In this document: piece by piece, positions 9,404 through 19,565 of the stretch
Layout: every line of letters begins with the position of its first letter
Numbering within the stretch: the stretch's first letter is position 1
Source of the DNA: a virus
Lineage: Duplodnaviria > Caudoviricetes
Length of the DNA stretch: 64,000 nucleotides
Virus record (IMG/VR): IMGVR_UViG_3300025137_005045
Reading direction: 5' to 3' (one strand)
Position numbers and translations under genes: made by a program
The notes under the pieces: generated by a model
Told to the model about the DNA's origin: nothing
Databases searched by the model: none
The model's input: the letters and a program-made list of their open reading frames with translations, nothing else

Positions 9404-9855
9404 TGTGGTATAATAAAGTAGTTGATAATATTGGTAATTTACCTGATTTCATAATGTACTATCGAAATGAATTAGAAAGTGCCAAGAAAGATGTCAGTAT
9501 CTACGGATATGTGGAAAAGAATCTTAGTGATTTACCAGGAGTAACTGAACATCGATTTCATCAATTGCAAGAAATTGAAGCAGTGCTTAACTTTCTAAAC
9601 ATACAATTACGTAAAATTAGACGTAAGCACTTTCAGAAATATCTAGAAGCATATCAAAGAGCATTAACATCGAGAGATGCCGAAAAGTATGTTGATGGCG
9701 AAGATGAAGTAATTGAATACGAAACACTGATCAATGACATTGCTTTACTTAGAAATCAATGGCTAGGTATAATGAAAGGACTTGAAAGTAAAAACTTTAT
9801 GTTAGGACATGTAGTCAGATTAAGAGCCAGTGGCATGGAAGATATACAACTGTAA
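9403..9855 (+). CDS. uvsY: recombination mediator UvsY
   Basis: Helical protein with YLE.Y.RALTSRDAEKYVDGE and GIMKGLESK; position after uvsX. Confidence 0.8.
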   Translation: MWYNKVVDNIGNLPDFIMYYRNELESAKKDVSIYGYVEKNLSDLPGVTEHRFHQLQEIEAVLNFLNIQLRKIRRKHFQKYLEAYQRALTSRDAEKYVDGEDEVIEYETLINDIALLRNQWLGIMKGLESKNFMLGHVVRLRASGMEDIQL

Positions 9856-10613
9856 TGTTTGAGACTCCGCAAGAAAGTCATATTCATTCACGTGAAATGT
9901 TGGATGTTATAGAAACCTTTTATGAGTTTATGATATCCGTTAATACTGTTGCTGATATGGGAGGTGGTGCAGGTCTAGATGCTGAATGGTGGGCAACCAG
10001 AGAAACAGATCCAGATGTTGACACGACCGGTAAGGCTCAGCCGTTAAATATTAAAACTTTTGTGATTGATGATCAAGCTAAGTTTGATGTTAAACACAGC
10101 AATGTTACTCATCTAAAATTAGATATGGAAAATACCGGATTAGATAGTGAACAGTATGACGTTATTACTAGCCATAACAGTTTTCAATATGCTCTTAACC
10201 CTATATCCACACTGCGACATTGGTGGGATTTATGCAACCTAAATGGTATGTTAGCACTACAGATTCCCCAAACCACAAATATCAAGTATAATCGCCATGA
10301 CATTTCAAATCCAAATAATGAATATCATCATTATACTCTGGTTAATTTAATTCATATGTTAGCAGTTAGTGGATGGGACTGTAAGTCTGGATTGTTTATT
10401 AAAGATCTACGTGATCCTTGGATCAAAGCAGTAGTTTATAAGGGTGAAGTCAAACCTCAAGATCCTAGAACTACTTCCTGGAGAGATTTAGCTAATTTAG
10501 ATCTGTTACCTGACTCAGCCGTGGAATCAATTAATAAATGGGGATATGTTAAACAACAAGATTTAATATTGCCCTGGTTTTCAGGACACGTAGGATCATA
10601 TAATAATCACTGA
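9855..10613 (+). CDS. SAM-dependent methyltransferase
   Basis: VADMGGGAG; YDVITSHNSFQY. Confidence 0.75.
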   Translation: MFETPQESHIHSREMLDVIETFYEFMISVNTVADMGGGAGLDAEWWATRETDPDVDTTGKAQPLNIKTFVIDDQAKFDVKHSNVTHLKLDMENTGLDSEQYDVITSHNSFQYALNPISTLRHWWDLCNLNGMLALQIPQTTNIKYNRHDISNPNNEYHHYTLVNLIHMLAVSGWDCKSGLFIKDLRDPWIKAVVYKGEVKPQDPRTTSWRDLANLDLLPDSAVESINKWGYVKQQDLILPWFSGHVGSYNNH

Positions 10614-10638
10614 ATAAACTACCCACATAAATAGTGAT

Positions 10639-11358
10639 ATGGACAAAACAGAAACTATACCAATATTCATTGGGTATGATCCAAGAGAAGCAATAGCGTT
10701 TCATACCTGCGTTAATTCAATTATAAGACATGCTACACAACCAGTAAGCATACATCCTCTAGCACTTAATCTGCTATCAGGATATGAGGAAACACACACC
10801 GATGGATCCAATCATTTCATATATTCAAGATTTCTAGTTCCTTACATGGCAGGATTTGTAGGACGAGCTATATTCATTGATGGTGATATGATAGTCAAAG
10901 ATGACATAGCAAAATTATGGAATGAAACGAAAAACTTTGGCTCTTGGGATGTCGCTGTTGTAAAACATGACTATAAGACCAAAATGCCTATTAAATATTT
11001 AGGATCCAAAAACGAAGACTATCCTAGAAAGAACTGGTCCAGCGTAATGCTTTTCAATTGCGGCAATGCACCTTGTAGAAAGTTAACACCTGAATTTATA
11101 CAAAAAGCAAAGGGTTCAGAGTTACATAGATTTGAATGGACAAAAGATGAACGTGTGGAAGAATTACCTAAAGAATGGAATTGGTTAGCAGAAGAATATA
11201 AAGATAATCCAGATGCTAAACTGGTTCACTATACCTTAGGAACACCTTGTTTTCATGAATTTGCTAATACCGGAATGGCCAATGATTGGCATCAAGAAAG
11301 ATTATTCACTGATTATTGTCAACAAAGGATTGATCTATTAGATGATACAGACCACTGA
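10639..11358 (+). CDS. GT-A glycosyltransferase (GT8-like)
   Basis: IFIGYD, FIYSRFLVP, FIDGDM (DXD), NWSSVM, HYTLGTP. Confidence 0.85.
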   Translation: MDKTETIPIFIGYDPREAIAFHTCVNSIIRHATQPVSIHPLALNLLSGYEETHTDGSNHFIYSRFLVPYMAGFVGRAIFIDGDMIVKDDIAKLWNETKNFGSWDVAVVKHDYKTKMPIKYLGSKNEDYPRKNWSSVMLFNCGNAPCRKLTPEFIQKAKGSELHRFEWTKDERVEELPKEWNWLAEEYKDNPDAKLVHYTLGTPCFHEFANTGMANDWHQERLFTDYCQQRIDLLDDTDH

Positions 11359-12220
11359 TATACTTTGTGTTAACAGAGTTGGACACGATAAAGAGCCTAA
11401 AAATAATCACAAGTTAGAAACAACAGCTATGTATAACTTTACTAAAGGTTGTCAAGGTTATCCAACCAGTTGGGACGAAGCTCAAAATTATCATGATAAC
11501 ACAATAATAATATATGGTGCGGCTATGGCTAGAGGAGTCAAACACTGCTGGGCAAACAATATTAACTTCTTCTACATTGACAACGGTTACATAGGCAATG
11601 TATTAAATAATAAACAATTTCATCGTGTAATACAAAATCACGTTCACGATATCAGACCAATAATCGAAAGGCCAAGAGATCGATTGGAAGATGTCATAGG
11701 GTTTTTAGAATGGACGCGAAGTAAAGGTAATCGCAGAGTTAATATAACTAATCCTAAAGATTTCTTAAAACCTAAATCTTTTAAACCAGGTCGTAATATA
11801 CTAGTTGCACCACCTAGCCAAAAAAGTTTTACATTATGGGATATTAATCAGGAAGAGTGGATTGATCAAACAGTTGCTGAAATAAAGAAACATACCGATC
11901 GACCTATTAGGATTAGATTAAAACGTGCCAGAGATGAAAGATTGGTTGAGAATACAATGGAACAAGATCTAGCAGACTGTCATTGTTTGGTTACATATAA
12001 TTCAGTATCTGCATTAGAAGCATTGATAAATGGTAAGCCAGCATTTACATTAGGTCCTAATGCCGCACAACATCTTTGTTATAATGATCTAGCAAAGATA
12101 GAAAATCCATACATACCAAATACCGACGAAGTTGACGCACTGCTAAGACATTTAAGTTACAGTCAGTTTACAAGAAAAGAAATGGCAAGTGGAGACGCCT
12201 GGGACATATTGAATGGCTAA
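11342..12220 (+). CDS. capsule-synthesis (KpsC/KpsS-like, GT-B) protein, paralogue 1
   Basis: YIDNGY, ILVAPPS, VTYNS.SALEA..NGKP, LSYSQFT. Confidence 0.65.
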   Translation: MIQTTDILCVNRVGHDKEPKNNHKLETTAMYNFTKGCQGYPTSWDEAQNYHDNTIIIYGAAMARGVKHCWANNINFFYIDNGYIGNVLNNKQFHRVIQNHVHDIRPIIERPRDRLEDVIGFLEWTRSKGNRRVNITNPKDFLKPKSFKPGRNILVAPPSQKSFTLWDINQEEWIDQTVAEIKKHTDRPIRIRLKRARDERLVENTMEQDLADCHCLVTYNSVSALEALINGKPAFTLGPNAAQHLCYNDLAKIENPYIPNTDEVDALLRHLSYSQFTRKEMASGDAWDILNG

Positions 12221-13367
12221 CTACACAATCATCAATGATGATGAATTAGCTGTTTTTATTGCAGACCTACTCATTATATCCGGTTATAGAAGAGGACCCC
12301 ATTGGCATTTTTGTAACAAGATATATGCCAGTCACTATAATGGTACAAAACCAGTATATAATACATCAAAACATAAAGAAAGAATAGAGAAAGCAGTTAA
12401 ATCAGATTGTGATAGATGGCGAGACAAGATAATAAAAGAAAAAAGAACAAAATGGAAATTTGATAAAAGAAAGTTAGTGCATTTTGTTTTAAAAAATTTA
12501 GAAAAAATATGTAGTATATATGGTCACGGTAATCATCTTAAAGGTAAGCGTTTACTATTATCTAGATATTTAGATAGTCCGTTCGACGGGTATATGAAAC
12601 AATTATCTAATGCAATATACAATAAACCATCATATAGAACAAAAGAAACATACACCAACATAGAAAAAGATTGTTTAATTAGAAATATGCTGGACAATGA
12701 AGTTCTTTTAAAAAATAAAATTGATAACAAGTTTCCTTTTTGGTTTGTAGATAGTGGATATACTAACTTTACTCGAACTTCTGGTGTTAAAATATATCAT
12801 AGACTATGTCGTTCTGACATACATGCTGAAATACCTAAACATATTTTTCCAATGAACAGACTGTTACAGATGATATTCGATAATCGAGGTCTACTAAACG
12901 GATTTAAATTTCCTCGACATTGGAGAACAGGAGGGGATACCATAATAATAATACCCCCAAGTGAGCATATATGTGCAATTGGCGGATTAAATCAAGACTC
13001 TTGGATAAAGGCACAAACTAAAAAATTAACAAAACTTACTGATAAAAAAATAATAGTAAGAACAAAAACTGGTTCTAGAAAAACACGTACTAGCTTATAC
13101 GATGATCTACTAGATGATGAATCTGTGTATTGCGTGGTTGGATATAATTCAAATGCACTGACCGAAGCAGTATGGGCCGGAGTTCCTATAATTACATTAG
13201 GTAAGCACGTAACAAATCCTGTTAGTAGAAATAGTCTAGATAAAATTGATAACTTATATAGAGACGATGTCAGTCAGTGGCTTTGTTATCTAAGTTATAG
13301 TCAGTTTACCAATGAAGAATTGTTAGACGGAACAGCTAAAGAAATTATGGAGACATGGCATGTATGA
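12213..13367 (+). CDS. capsule-synthesis-like protein, paralogue 2
   Basis: FVDSGY, IIIPPS, VGYNSNA..EA..AGVP, LSYSQFT. Confidence 0.65.
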   Translation: MANYTIINDDELAVFIADLLIISGYRRGPHWHFCNKIYASHYNGTKPVYNTSKHKERIEKAVKSDCDRWRDKIIKEKRTKWKFDKRKLVHFVLKNLEKICSIYGHGNHLKGKRLLLSRYLDSPFDGYMKQLSNAIYNKPSYRTKETYTNIEKDCLIRNMLDNEVLLKNKIDNKFPFWFVDSGYTNFTRTSGVKIYHRLCRSDIHAEIPKHIFPMNRLLQMIFDNRGLLNGFKFPRHWRTGGDTIIIIPPSEHICAIGGLNQDSWIKAQTKKLTKLTDKKIIVRTKTGSRKTRTSLYDDLLDDESVYCVVGYNSNALTEAVWAGVPIITLGKHVTNPVSRNSLDKIDNLYRDDVSQWLCYLSYSQFTNEELLDGTAKEIMETWHV

Positions 13368-14268
13368 TGTAGTAGTCTATCTCTCAAGTTTACCTAGAAT
13401 AGCAGACCATGATCGTAAAGCACAAATATTAAAGGCATTTGCTGAAGGATGTCAGCGTGCTGGTGCGAATGTATTTGTTCAAACTGAATGTAAAGTAATT
13501 CCTGCACGACTAGGTGTATTCATTGGATGGTATGGACAAACATTCTCAGGACCCCATATTCATTTACGTAAAGCAGTGATAGATTGGGCACGTGACAATA
13601 AACAGCATTGCATGCCCATAGACGGATCCTGTTTTAAGTTTGCTGACCCTGAAAGCATGTATGTGCGATATAGTCTAGATGGTGTTTATTATAACGAAAA
13701 TGAGTATGCTAATAAAGGCAGTATTAGTACCAAATGGAATCAAATTAGATATGATCTACGCCTTCAAGGAATGAAACCATGGAAGACACCTGGACAGGGC
13801 AGTCATATATTAATATGCTTACAGCGTGATGGTGGCTGGAATATGAAAGGTACTAATTTGGACGAATGGTTGGCTAACACAGTTACCAACATTAGAAAAT
13901 ATACAGCTATGCCAATACTAATCAGGCCTCATCCAAAACGTAAATATAATTTACAAGGGTATGCTTCTCAACCTAATGTATTTGAAAGCGTGAAAGAAAG
14001 CACATTAGATCAAGATCTAGCAGGAGCTCACGCTAGTGTATTTTATAATAGTTCAAGTGCGGTCGCTAGTATACTGCAAGGAGTACCGGCATTTGTATCA
14101 GATGAGGATGCAGTAACTTGGGAAGTATCCAATCATAACTTAAAAAAAATACTAACACCTGATTATCCTGAGCGTAGTCAATGGTTGTATGATTTAGCTT
14201 CGTGCCATTGGAGTGATGAAGAATCCAAACAAGGACTGATCTGGAAACACTTTAAATCTTACTTGTAA
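13360..14268 (+). CDS. capsule-synthesis-like protein, paralogue 3
   Basis: ILICLQ, IRPHP, FYNSSSAV..IL.GVP. Confidence 0.65.
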   Translation: MYDVVVYLSSLPRIADHDRKAQILKAFAEGCQRAGANVFVQTECKVIPARLGVFIGWYGQTFSGPHIHLRKAVIDWARDNKQHCMPIDGSCFKFADPESMYVRYSLDGVYYNENEYANKGSISTKWNQIRYDLRLQGMKPWKTPGQGSHILICLQRDGGWNMKGTNLDEWLANTVTNIRKYTAMPILIRPHPKRKYNLQGYASQPNVFESVKESTLDQDLAGAHASVFYNSSSAVASILQGVPAFVSDEDAVTWEVSNHNLKKILTPDYPERSQWLYDLASCHWSDEESKQGLIWKHFKSYL

Positions 14269-14501
14269 GATCCAGCTATCTCCATTAGTTTTTCATGTGT
14301 ATGACAACCCGAATAACTGATGTATATTTCGGAATTTTGTAAACCTTTCATTAGATCAACTTGATGTAAATATGTGGTTAACAAGGCATGTATGTGACAG
14401 GTGTATTCAGTTTCAAAATCTAAAATAATTGAATTAGGCGTACATTCGTTGCTTAGGCTAATGCAAGTGCCTAATACATATCCCCAGAGTTCTATACCCA
14501 T
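14259..14501 (-). CDS. hypothetical protein
   Basis: 80 aa ORF overlapping the end of the FkbM-like gene on the same strand. Confidence 0.5.
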   Translation of the reverse strand: MGIELWGYVLGTCISLSNECTPNSIILDFETEYTCHIHALLTTYLHQVDLMKGLQNSEIYISYSGCHTHEKLMEIAGSYK

Positions 14502-15139
14502 CCCATAACGATGTCATTACGAACACGACACAGTTCTTGAGCACCCCATCTGGTTAAATGTCCTAACGCTTCATAATCGTAATCAAACCCTACATCATCA
14601 TGTCCTTTTTGTTCAATGACCATTATGGGTTTATATTTTTTAAATGTTTCTATACCACCTAACAGAATATTTTCTTCATATCCTTCGCAATCTATTTTGC
14701 AATAGTCAAATTTAGGTAAATCTAAATCATCCAGTCTAAACATATCTATTGTGCCGTCGCCCATTGAGTTAACATCTACATGACTGTGTCCTGTATTCTC
14801 AGGAGTAATGATCATGTTAATTTTTGTTGTTTCATTACCTAACGCATGAGAACGCATATCAACCTTGGTCATGGCAACATTCTTTTTATAGCACTCACGA
14901 AAGTCATTGACAGGTTCAAATGCTATTACCTTATCAAATTGTTCAGCCATGTCTCGACTCCATAAGCCTACATTGGCTCCTATATCCAACGCTAGACCTT
15001 TGTGTTGCACAAACTCAAAGCTCTTACTTCTAACGGGTTCTTGATAAACTGCACCTCCGCCTCTTTTAATATTTTTAGTTAACATTCTGGCAAAATGAGT
15101 ATCGTAGTCTGGGAACCACCAACCGTGTTCCTGATACAT
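14492..15139 (-). CDS. FkbM-family methyltransferase
   Basis: ALDIGANVG, AFEP, KIDCEGYE; start placed at ATG 15139 (TAATG coupling). Confidence 0.85.
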   Translation of the reverse strand: MYQEHGWWFPDYDTHFARMLTKNIKRGGGAVYQEPVRSKSFEFVQHKGLALDIGANVGLWSRDMAEQFDKVIAFEPVNDFRECYKKNVAMTKVDMRSHALGNETTKINMIITPENTGHSHVDVNSMGDGTIDMFRLDDLDLPKFDYCKIDCEGYEENILLGGIETFKKYKPIMVIEQKGHDDVGFDYDYEALGHLTRWGAQELCRVRNDIVMGWV

Positions 15140-15963
15140 TAAGGTTTCTCCCTTAAATTTGACCAATAAGGATGATCAGTATGCACGCCTTGATCTCTTT
15201 TATTACTGTGTCCTAAATCTTTACGTTTACCTTTGACATGATCTAGATACTGACCAAGGGCACTGTTAACAAAAGGATGTCCTGCAAAGCCTTTATTGTC
15301 AGGACTAGGATTTAAATTATAAAAAATATTGTCTGGATTCTGTCTATATTGTTTCCAAATAGTACTCCAAACGTAACTGTCGTGATATTCTTTTAAATCA
15401 AAAAGTTTATCTTCTGTATATTGCGAAACAAATTCGTTAATAAACAATCTGGTGTTAGGATGTCTTAAATTATACCCTACCCAACCACATTCTGGATGAT
15501 ATTTTTCGCCTCTACCTAGATATGTAATCATAGCATCGACAGGAGATACTGATCTCATAAATTCTACAGGAACAGGTGTGTGAGTAAGTGTGTCAGCATC
15601 GCACCATACTATCCAATCAGTTTCTGTTTTAATAGTTTTTACTGCTAGCTGTGTGGAAAATACTTTATAACAAAATCGAACAGCGTCCCATTTAAATTGT
15701 TTACGTGGATCCTGTGTTTTAACATCTTTACCGTGTGCTCGAAGATTATTTTTGTGTCGTTCAACAAACTCTCTACATTCTTTACTTTCGGCAAGTAAAT
15801 CAACTATCTTAACATTTGGTTTAGTAGTTTTAGGAGAACAGTTTTCGGTATACACAACAAGATCAATTTGATTAGGCCAATACTTTTCAAAAGTATCAAT
15901 CATTCTTTGACCATATTGTTTCATACCTTCTTTGTGAAATGTGGTAATCAGAGTATATTTCAA
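15139..15963 (-). CDS. GT-A glycosyltransferase
   Basis: AVRFCYKV, WCDADT (DXD), HPECGWVGYN, YHDSYVW, DHVKG; TTG start with AAGG. Confidence 0.75.
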   Translation of the reverse strand: MKYTLITTFHKEGMKQYGQRMIDTFEKYWPNQIDLVVYTENCSPKTTKPNVKIVDLLAESKECREFVERHKNNLRAHGKDVKTQDPRKQFKWDAVRFCYKVFSTQLAVKTIKTETDWIVWCDADTLTHTPVPVEFMRSVSPVDAMITYLGRGEKYHPECGWVGYNLRHPNTRLFINEFVSQYTEDKLFDLKEYHDSYVWSTIWKQYRQNPDNIFYNLNPSPDNKGFAGHPFVNSALGQYLDHVKGKRKDLGHSNKRDQGVHTDHPYWSNLREKP

Positions 15964-16023
15964 TTTTTTATACCTTGTTTATATATTTGGATACATATTA
16001 TTATATTAGCATATATTTATTCA

Positions 16024-16842
16024 ATGAAAACACTGACACATTTTTCTGCGTACACTTCACTAAACTCAAAGCCAGTTATGAGTGCTTTTTTGGAAAGTGC
16101 AAGTAAAAAATTTAAAGTATCTGAAGGCGATATGTCTGCAGACTGTGCTGTCATATGGTCATGTTTATGGGCAGGACGTATGGCTCCTAACAAACAAATA
16201 TATGAACACTTCCGAAGTCAAGGTAAGCCTGTAATAATAATTGAAGTGGGTGCTCTTAAACGAAATATCTCCTGGAAAATTTCAGTTAACAACATTACAA
16301 ATCAAGGATATTATGGGCATACTGAAAACTTAGATTGGGATCGTCCTAAACTGTTGGGTATTCAACTTAAAGAACAGACCGGAAACAACGGAAAAATATT
16401 AATAGCGGCACAGCATCATAAAAGCCATCAACTAGCTAACTTAAACAGTCAGGAAGATTGGATCATACAGCAGATTAAAACAATACAAGATCAAACAGAT
16501 AGAGATATAGTGGTTCGAAGTCATCCTAGATCACCCTTAGACATACCTAGTCAGCGACCTCGCAAGCTGGAAGGAACATATGATGACTTTGATTTTGATA
16601 GCAAATATTATTGTGTGGTTAACTATTCAAGTGGTCCGGGCATACAGGCCGCCATTATGGGAACACCAGTAATAACTAGTGAATACAGTCTAGCACATCC
16701 AATAAGTAATAACATTAATCGAATACGTCGACTAAAAAATAAAGCTACGGATCAATGGCTAACAGAAATAGCACATACCGAGTATCTGGTAGAAGAGATA
16801 GCTGACGGTCGTTGGATATCAAGATTGGAACCCACATTGTGA
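16024..16842 (+). CDS. capsule-synthesis-like protein, paralogue 4
   Basis: IEVG, ILIAAQH, VRSHPR, VNYSSGP..QA.IMGTP; start ATG 16024. Confidence 0.65.
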   Translation: MKTLTHFSAYTSLNSKPVMSAFLESASKKFKVSEGDMSADCAVIWSCLWAGRMAPNKQIYEHFRSQGKPVIIIEVGALKRNISWKISVNNITNQGYYGHTENLDWDRPKLLGIQLKEQTGNNGKILIAAQHHKSHQLANLNSQEDWIIQQIKTIQDQTDRDIVVRSHPRSPLDIPSQRPRKLEGTYDDFDFDSKYYCVVNYSSGPGIQAAIMGTPVITSEYSLAHPISNNINRIRRLKNKATDQWLTEIAHTEYLVEEIADGRWISRLEPTL

Positions 16843-17582
16843 AACAGATAGACGACTACATGAAAGATGGTATAGACTGCGGGTGCGTATTGCACGGGGA
16901 GTATTATACTTTAGAATATGCTAAAAAGTTAGAAGCTGGACTACGTAGAAATTTTAGCTGTCCTGTACGTTTTCATATATGGACTGAGAAAGCCAGAGAA
17001 GTTCCTAAAAGATGGCACAAGCACGCTCTTAAAGATCTAGGAGTTAAAGGACCAAAGAAAAGTTGGTGGTACAAGGTACAATTATTTAGAAACAAAGCCT
17101 TTCAAGGTAGACTGTTTTATTTTGATCTAGACATCGTATTAACTGGTAATTTAGACTGGATGCTGAGATTAGGTAAGGAACAGTTCTGGGCTGTCAGAGA
17201 TTTTCGCTATCTTTGGAAGAAAAACAAATGGAGTATAAATAGTAGCGTAATGATTTTTAATACTGATGAATATTCAGGTTTATGGAAAACATTTAAACGT
17301 AATCATCATGCTATTATGACACAATATAATGGTGATCAGGATTATGTTGATAATGAAGTACCAGAAAGTAAAAAACGTTGGTTAGATCAAAATCAAGTAA
17401 AAAGCTACAGATGGGAAGTGATGGATGGCGGGATGGATTTTGCCTATCGTAACTACCCAAGAAGAGGTGAGGATCGAAGCCATATTTTTAAAAATTTAAG
17501 TATAATCGTATTTCATGGTATACCAAATCCACATGAAATTGATGATGAACAAGTCCTAAGCCATTGGCGAGTGGATAAATAA
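16812..17582 (+). CDS. GT8-like glycosyltransferase
   Basis: WWYKVQLF, YFDLDIV, NSSVM, GDQDY, VFHG.PNPH; exact start uncertain. Confidence 0.8.
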   Translation: MDIKIGTHIVKQIDDYMKDGIDCGCVLHGEYYTLEYAKKLEAGLRRNFSCPVRFHIWTEKAREVPKRWHKHALKDLGVKGPKKSWWYKVQLFRNKAFQGRLFYFDLDIVLTGNLDWMLRLGKEQFWAVRDFRYLWKKNKWSINSSVMIFNTDEYSGLWKTFKRNHHAIMTQYNGDQDYVDNEVPESKKRWLDQNQVKSYRWEVMDGGMDFAYRNYPRRGEDRSHIFKNLSIIVFHGIPNPHEIDDEQVLSHWRVDK

Positions 17583-17606
17583 CAGTAACAATTGGAGATA
17601 TAGTAC

Positions 17607-18251
17607 ATGGCTAACAGAACATTTAAGGTATACGGACAAGCATATGCGGCATCAGGGGATGTAACTGCGGTTTTATCCGTGGGTGGCGTAGAAGTATTCA
17701 ACGGAGCAGTCAATGACTCCTCTACAGTGAGAAACGGACAACCAACAACATCAAATCATTTATTTACATTCACACTGGATGAAGCAACAACAGGTGGAAT
17801 GGCATATTCACTAACAGCAACGGGCGGTGAACTTTGTCTAGGACAAACAGAGTATAATGGTATTCCTAATCTGACTATATCTAAGGATTGGTTTGACACA
17901 AATGTGCCTGATGACACTGCTGTAACAGCAGAGGCACAAACACATATAGCAGACACTTTAGGTGAAAGTGCTTTAGGTAGCGATCTTTATAATGCACTTA
18001 AAGCTGGAACCGTTACGAATGCCACTGATGAACAGCATGCAAAAATATTAGCTGAAAATACAATAGCAACTGATTTTACAGTGTATGGCGAATCTAACGA
18101 CACCAGAGCAAACGGTCAAATTGACGGATCGACAATGGCAGAGTGGAATGACGACGCAGTTAATAAAGCTAATTGGCCAGTTTTGGAAGACGGTCAGGTA
18201 TTTACTTGTACATGGAATTTAGATCCAACAACAACAGATCCAAATGCTTAA
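17607..18251 (+). CDS. late structural protein
   Basis: Late box at 17576 plus GGAG; followed by terminator; Thr/Asp/Gly rich. Confidence 0.6.
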   Translation: MANRTFKVYGQAYAASGDVTAVLSVGGVEVFNGAVNDSSTVRNGQPTTSNHLFTFTLDEATTGGMAYSLTATGGELCLGQTEYNGIPNLTISKDWFDTNVPDDTAVTAEAQTHIADTLGESALGSDLYNALKAGTVTNATDEQHAKILAENTIATDFTVYGESNDTRANGQIDGSTMAEWNDDAVNKANWPVLEDGQVFTCTWNLDPTTTDPNA

Positions 18252-18263
18252 TTAATTTAACAC

Positions 18264-18295
18264 AAACAACCCCACACTAAGTGGGGTTTTTGTTG
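18264..18295. terminator. probably bidirectional terminator between convergent genes
   Basis: AACCCCAC/GTGGGGTT stem with flanking A and T runs. Confidence 0.75.
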
Positions 18296-19260
18296 ACTAA
18301 TGTTTCTAGATAAAATTGTTTGTTGTATAAGCTAATTGCCTGAGCTTGTTCAAACACTGTTTGATATTCATCAGTAGGCAGTGATAGAATACTGTTGATA
18401 GTTTCTTGCATTGCTCGCCATCGTTGTGGTCCTGTGTGTCTATCATATGTTTCATCCCAACACGAACTCCACGTTTTAAATCCTATCTGTCTTAGGTTAT
18501 TTAAATAATCTTTTGATCCGTATATTATCATGGGTTTACAACCAAGCAACGGTCGAGTAGTTTTTTCTGTAGAAAAAAATGTAGTGCCCATGGTCCAGGT
18601 TTCTACTACTATCTCAATATCAAAGTTTTTATAGTAATTTAAAAGATTAAATTGTGGAGTTAGGTATTCTTCCCCCTCGGTCCAATCTTTAATAATATAT
18701 TGATCAAGCATTTTTACTCCATCTATACTAGTAATGTCAATATTTTTACACCAGTTATCAAAATTTTCTGTATCAGTTACCCATTGATCATATGCAGTCT
18801 TGTCTAGAATATCAAAATCATATGAAGGATAGTCTTGAGAACTTAATAAACAATCTTTATTTCGCAACCAGTACAGTATGCTTAGTCTTGGAATATTCTT
18901 TCTTCCAATAAAACAACCCAGTCGATTGTGGCTGTTCAGACTAATAGGAGTTATTGGAAATTGTTTATATTTTCTAGCACCATCAGCCCAAAAATGATTA
19001 AGGGTTCGCCACTTGTTGATATTAGTATACAAGTTGGTATTTTCTATAACATTCTCAGATTGTATTCTAATAGTGTAAGGATCTCTCTTGCTTTTTCTAA
19101 CATGTTCGTCTAATATTTTAATAACATTACAATGGAATAAGCTAGGTCCCTCGTCTGTGACCAGTAGCACAGTTTCATCTAGATTATCCTCTAAGAATCT
19201 AATTAGGTCATTTGAATTTAGAAGACATTCGTCATATACGGATATTTTAAATTGTTTCAT
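18277..19260 (-). CDS. glycosyltransferase-like accessory protein (EKT.RP...GFKT family)
   Basis: VETW...FSTEKTTRP..KPMIIYG...GFKTW..DETYD; shares this motif with 24143..25162. Confidence 0.5.
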   Translation of the reverse strand: MKQFKISVYDECLLNSNDLIRFLEDNLDETVLLVTDEGPSLFHCNVIKILDEHVRKSKRDPYTIRIQSENVIENTNLYTNINKWRTLNHFWADGARKYKQFPITPISLNSHNRLGCFIGRKNIPRLSILYWLRNKDCLLSSQDYPSYDFDILDKTAYDQWVTDTENFDNWCKNIDITSIDGVKMLDQYIIKDWTEGEEYLTPQFNLLNYYKNFDIEIVVETWTMGTTFFSTEKTTRPLLGCKPMIIYGSKDYLNNLRQIGFKTWSSCWDETYDRHTGPQRWRAMQETINSILSLPTDEYQTVFEQAQAISLYNKQFYLETLVNKNPT

Positions 19261-19285
19261 GCAACTATTTACTAATATATTTTGG

Positions 19286-19314
19286 TTGACCGAAAAATTA
19301 TTTTTTGTTATAAT
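19286..19314 (+). promoter_or_regulatory. sigma70 early promoter
   Basis: TTGACC-N17-TATAAT; ATG at 19321. Confidence 0.85.
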
Positions 19315-19320
19315 GTTTAC

Positions 19321-19509
19321 ATGAAATATAATTATAACTTAGAAAAAGTTAGTGCTGATTTGTATGATGATATAGATCAACTAGCTCTAGACACATCCGG
19401 ATTATTTGAGCAAAAGTTACAAGAGCTAGGTATAGTGTTACCGGACGATCAGCTTGAACAACTATATGATTTAATGAGAAATTTAGCATTAAATTCGGTT
19501 GACCAATAA
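19321..19509 (+). CDS. small early protein (likely leaderless)
   Basis: ATG 6 nt after the -10 box. Confidence 0.65.
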   Translation: MKYNYNLEKVSADLYDDIDQLALDTSGLFEQKLQELGIVLPDDQLEQLYDLMRNLALNSVDQ

Positions 19510-19527
19510 TTCCAAAACTGCTATAAT
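19499..19527 (+). promoter_or_regulatory. sigma70 early promoter
   Basis: TTGACC-N17-TATAAT. Confidence 0.85.
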
Positions 19528-19565
19528 AGTATTTGAAAGTTAGGAATTAATCATTTACGGGGGTA

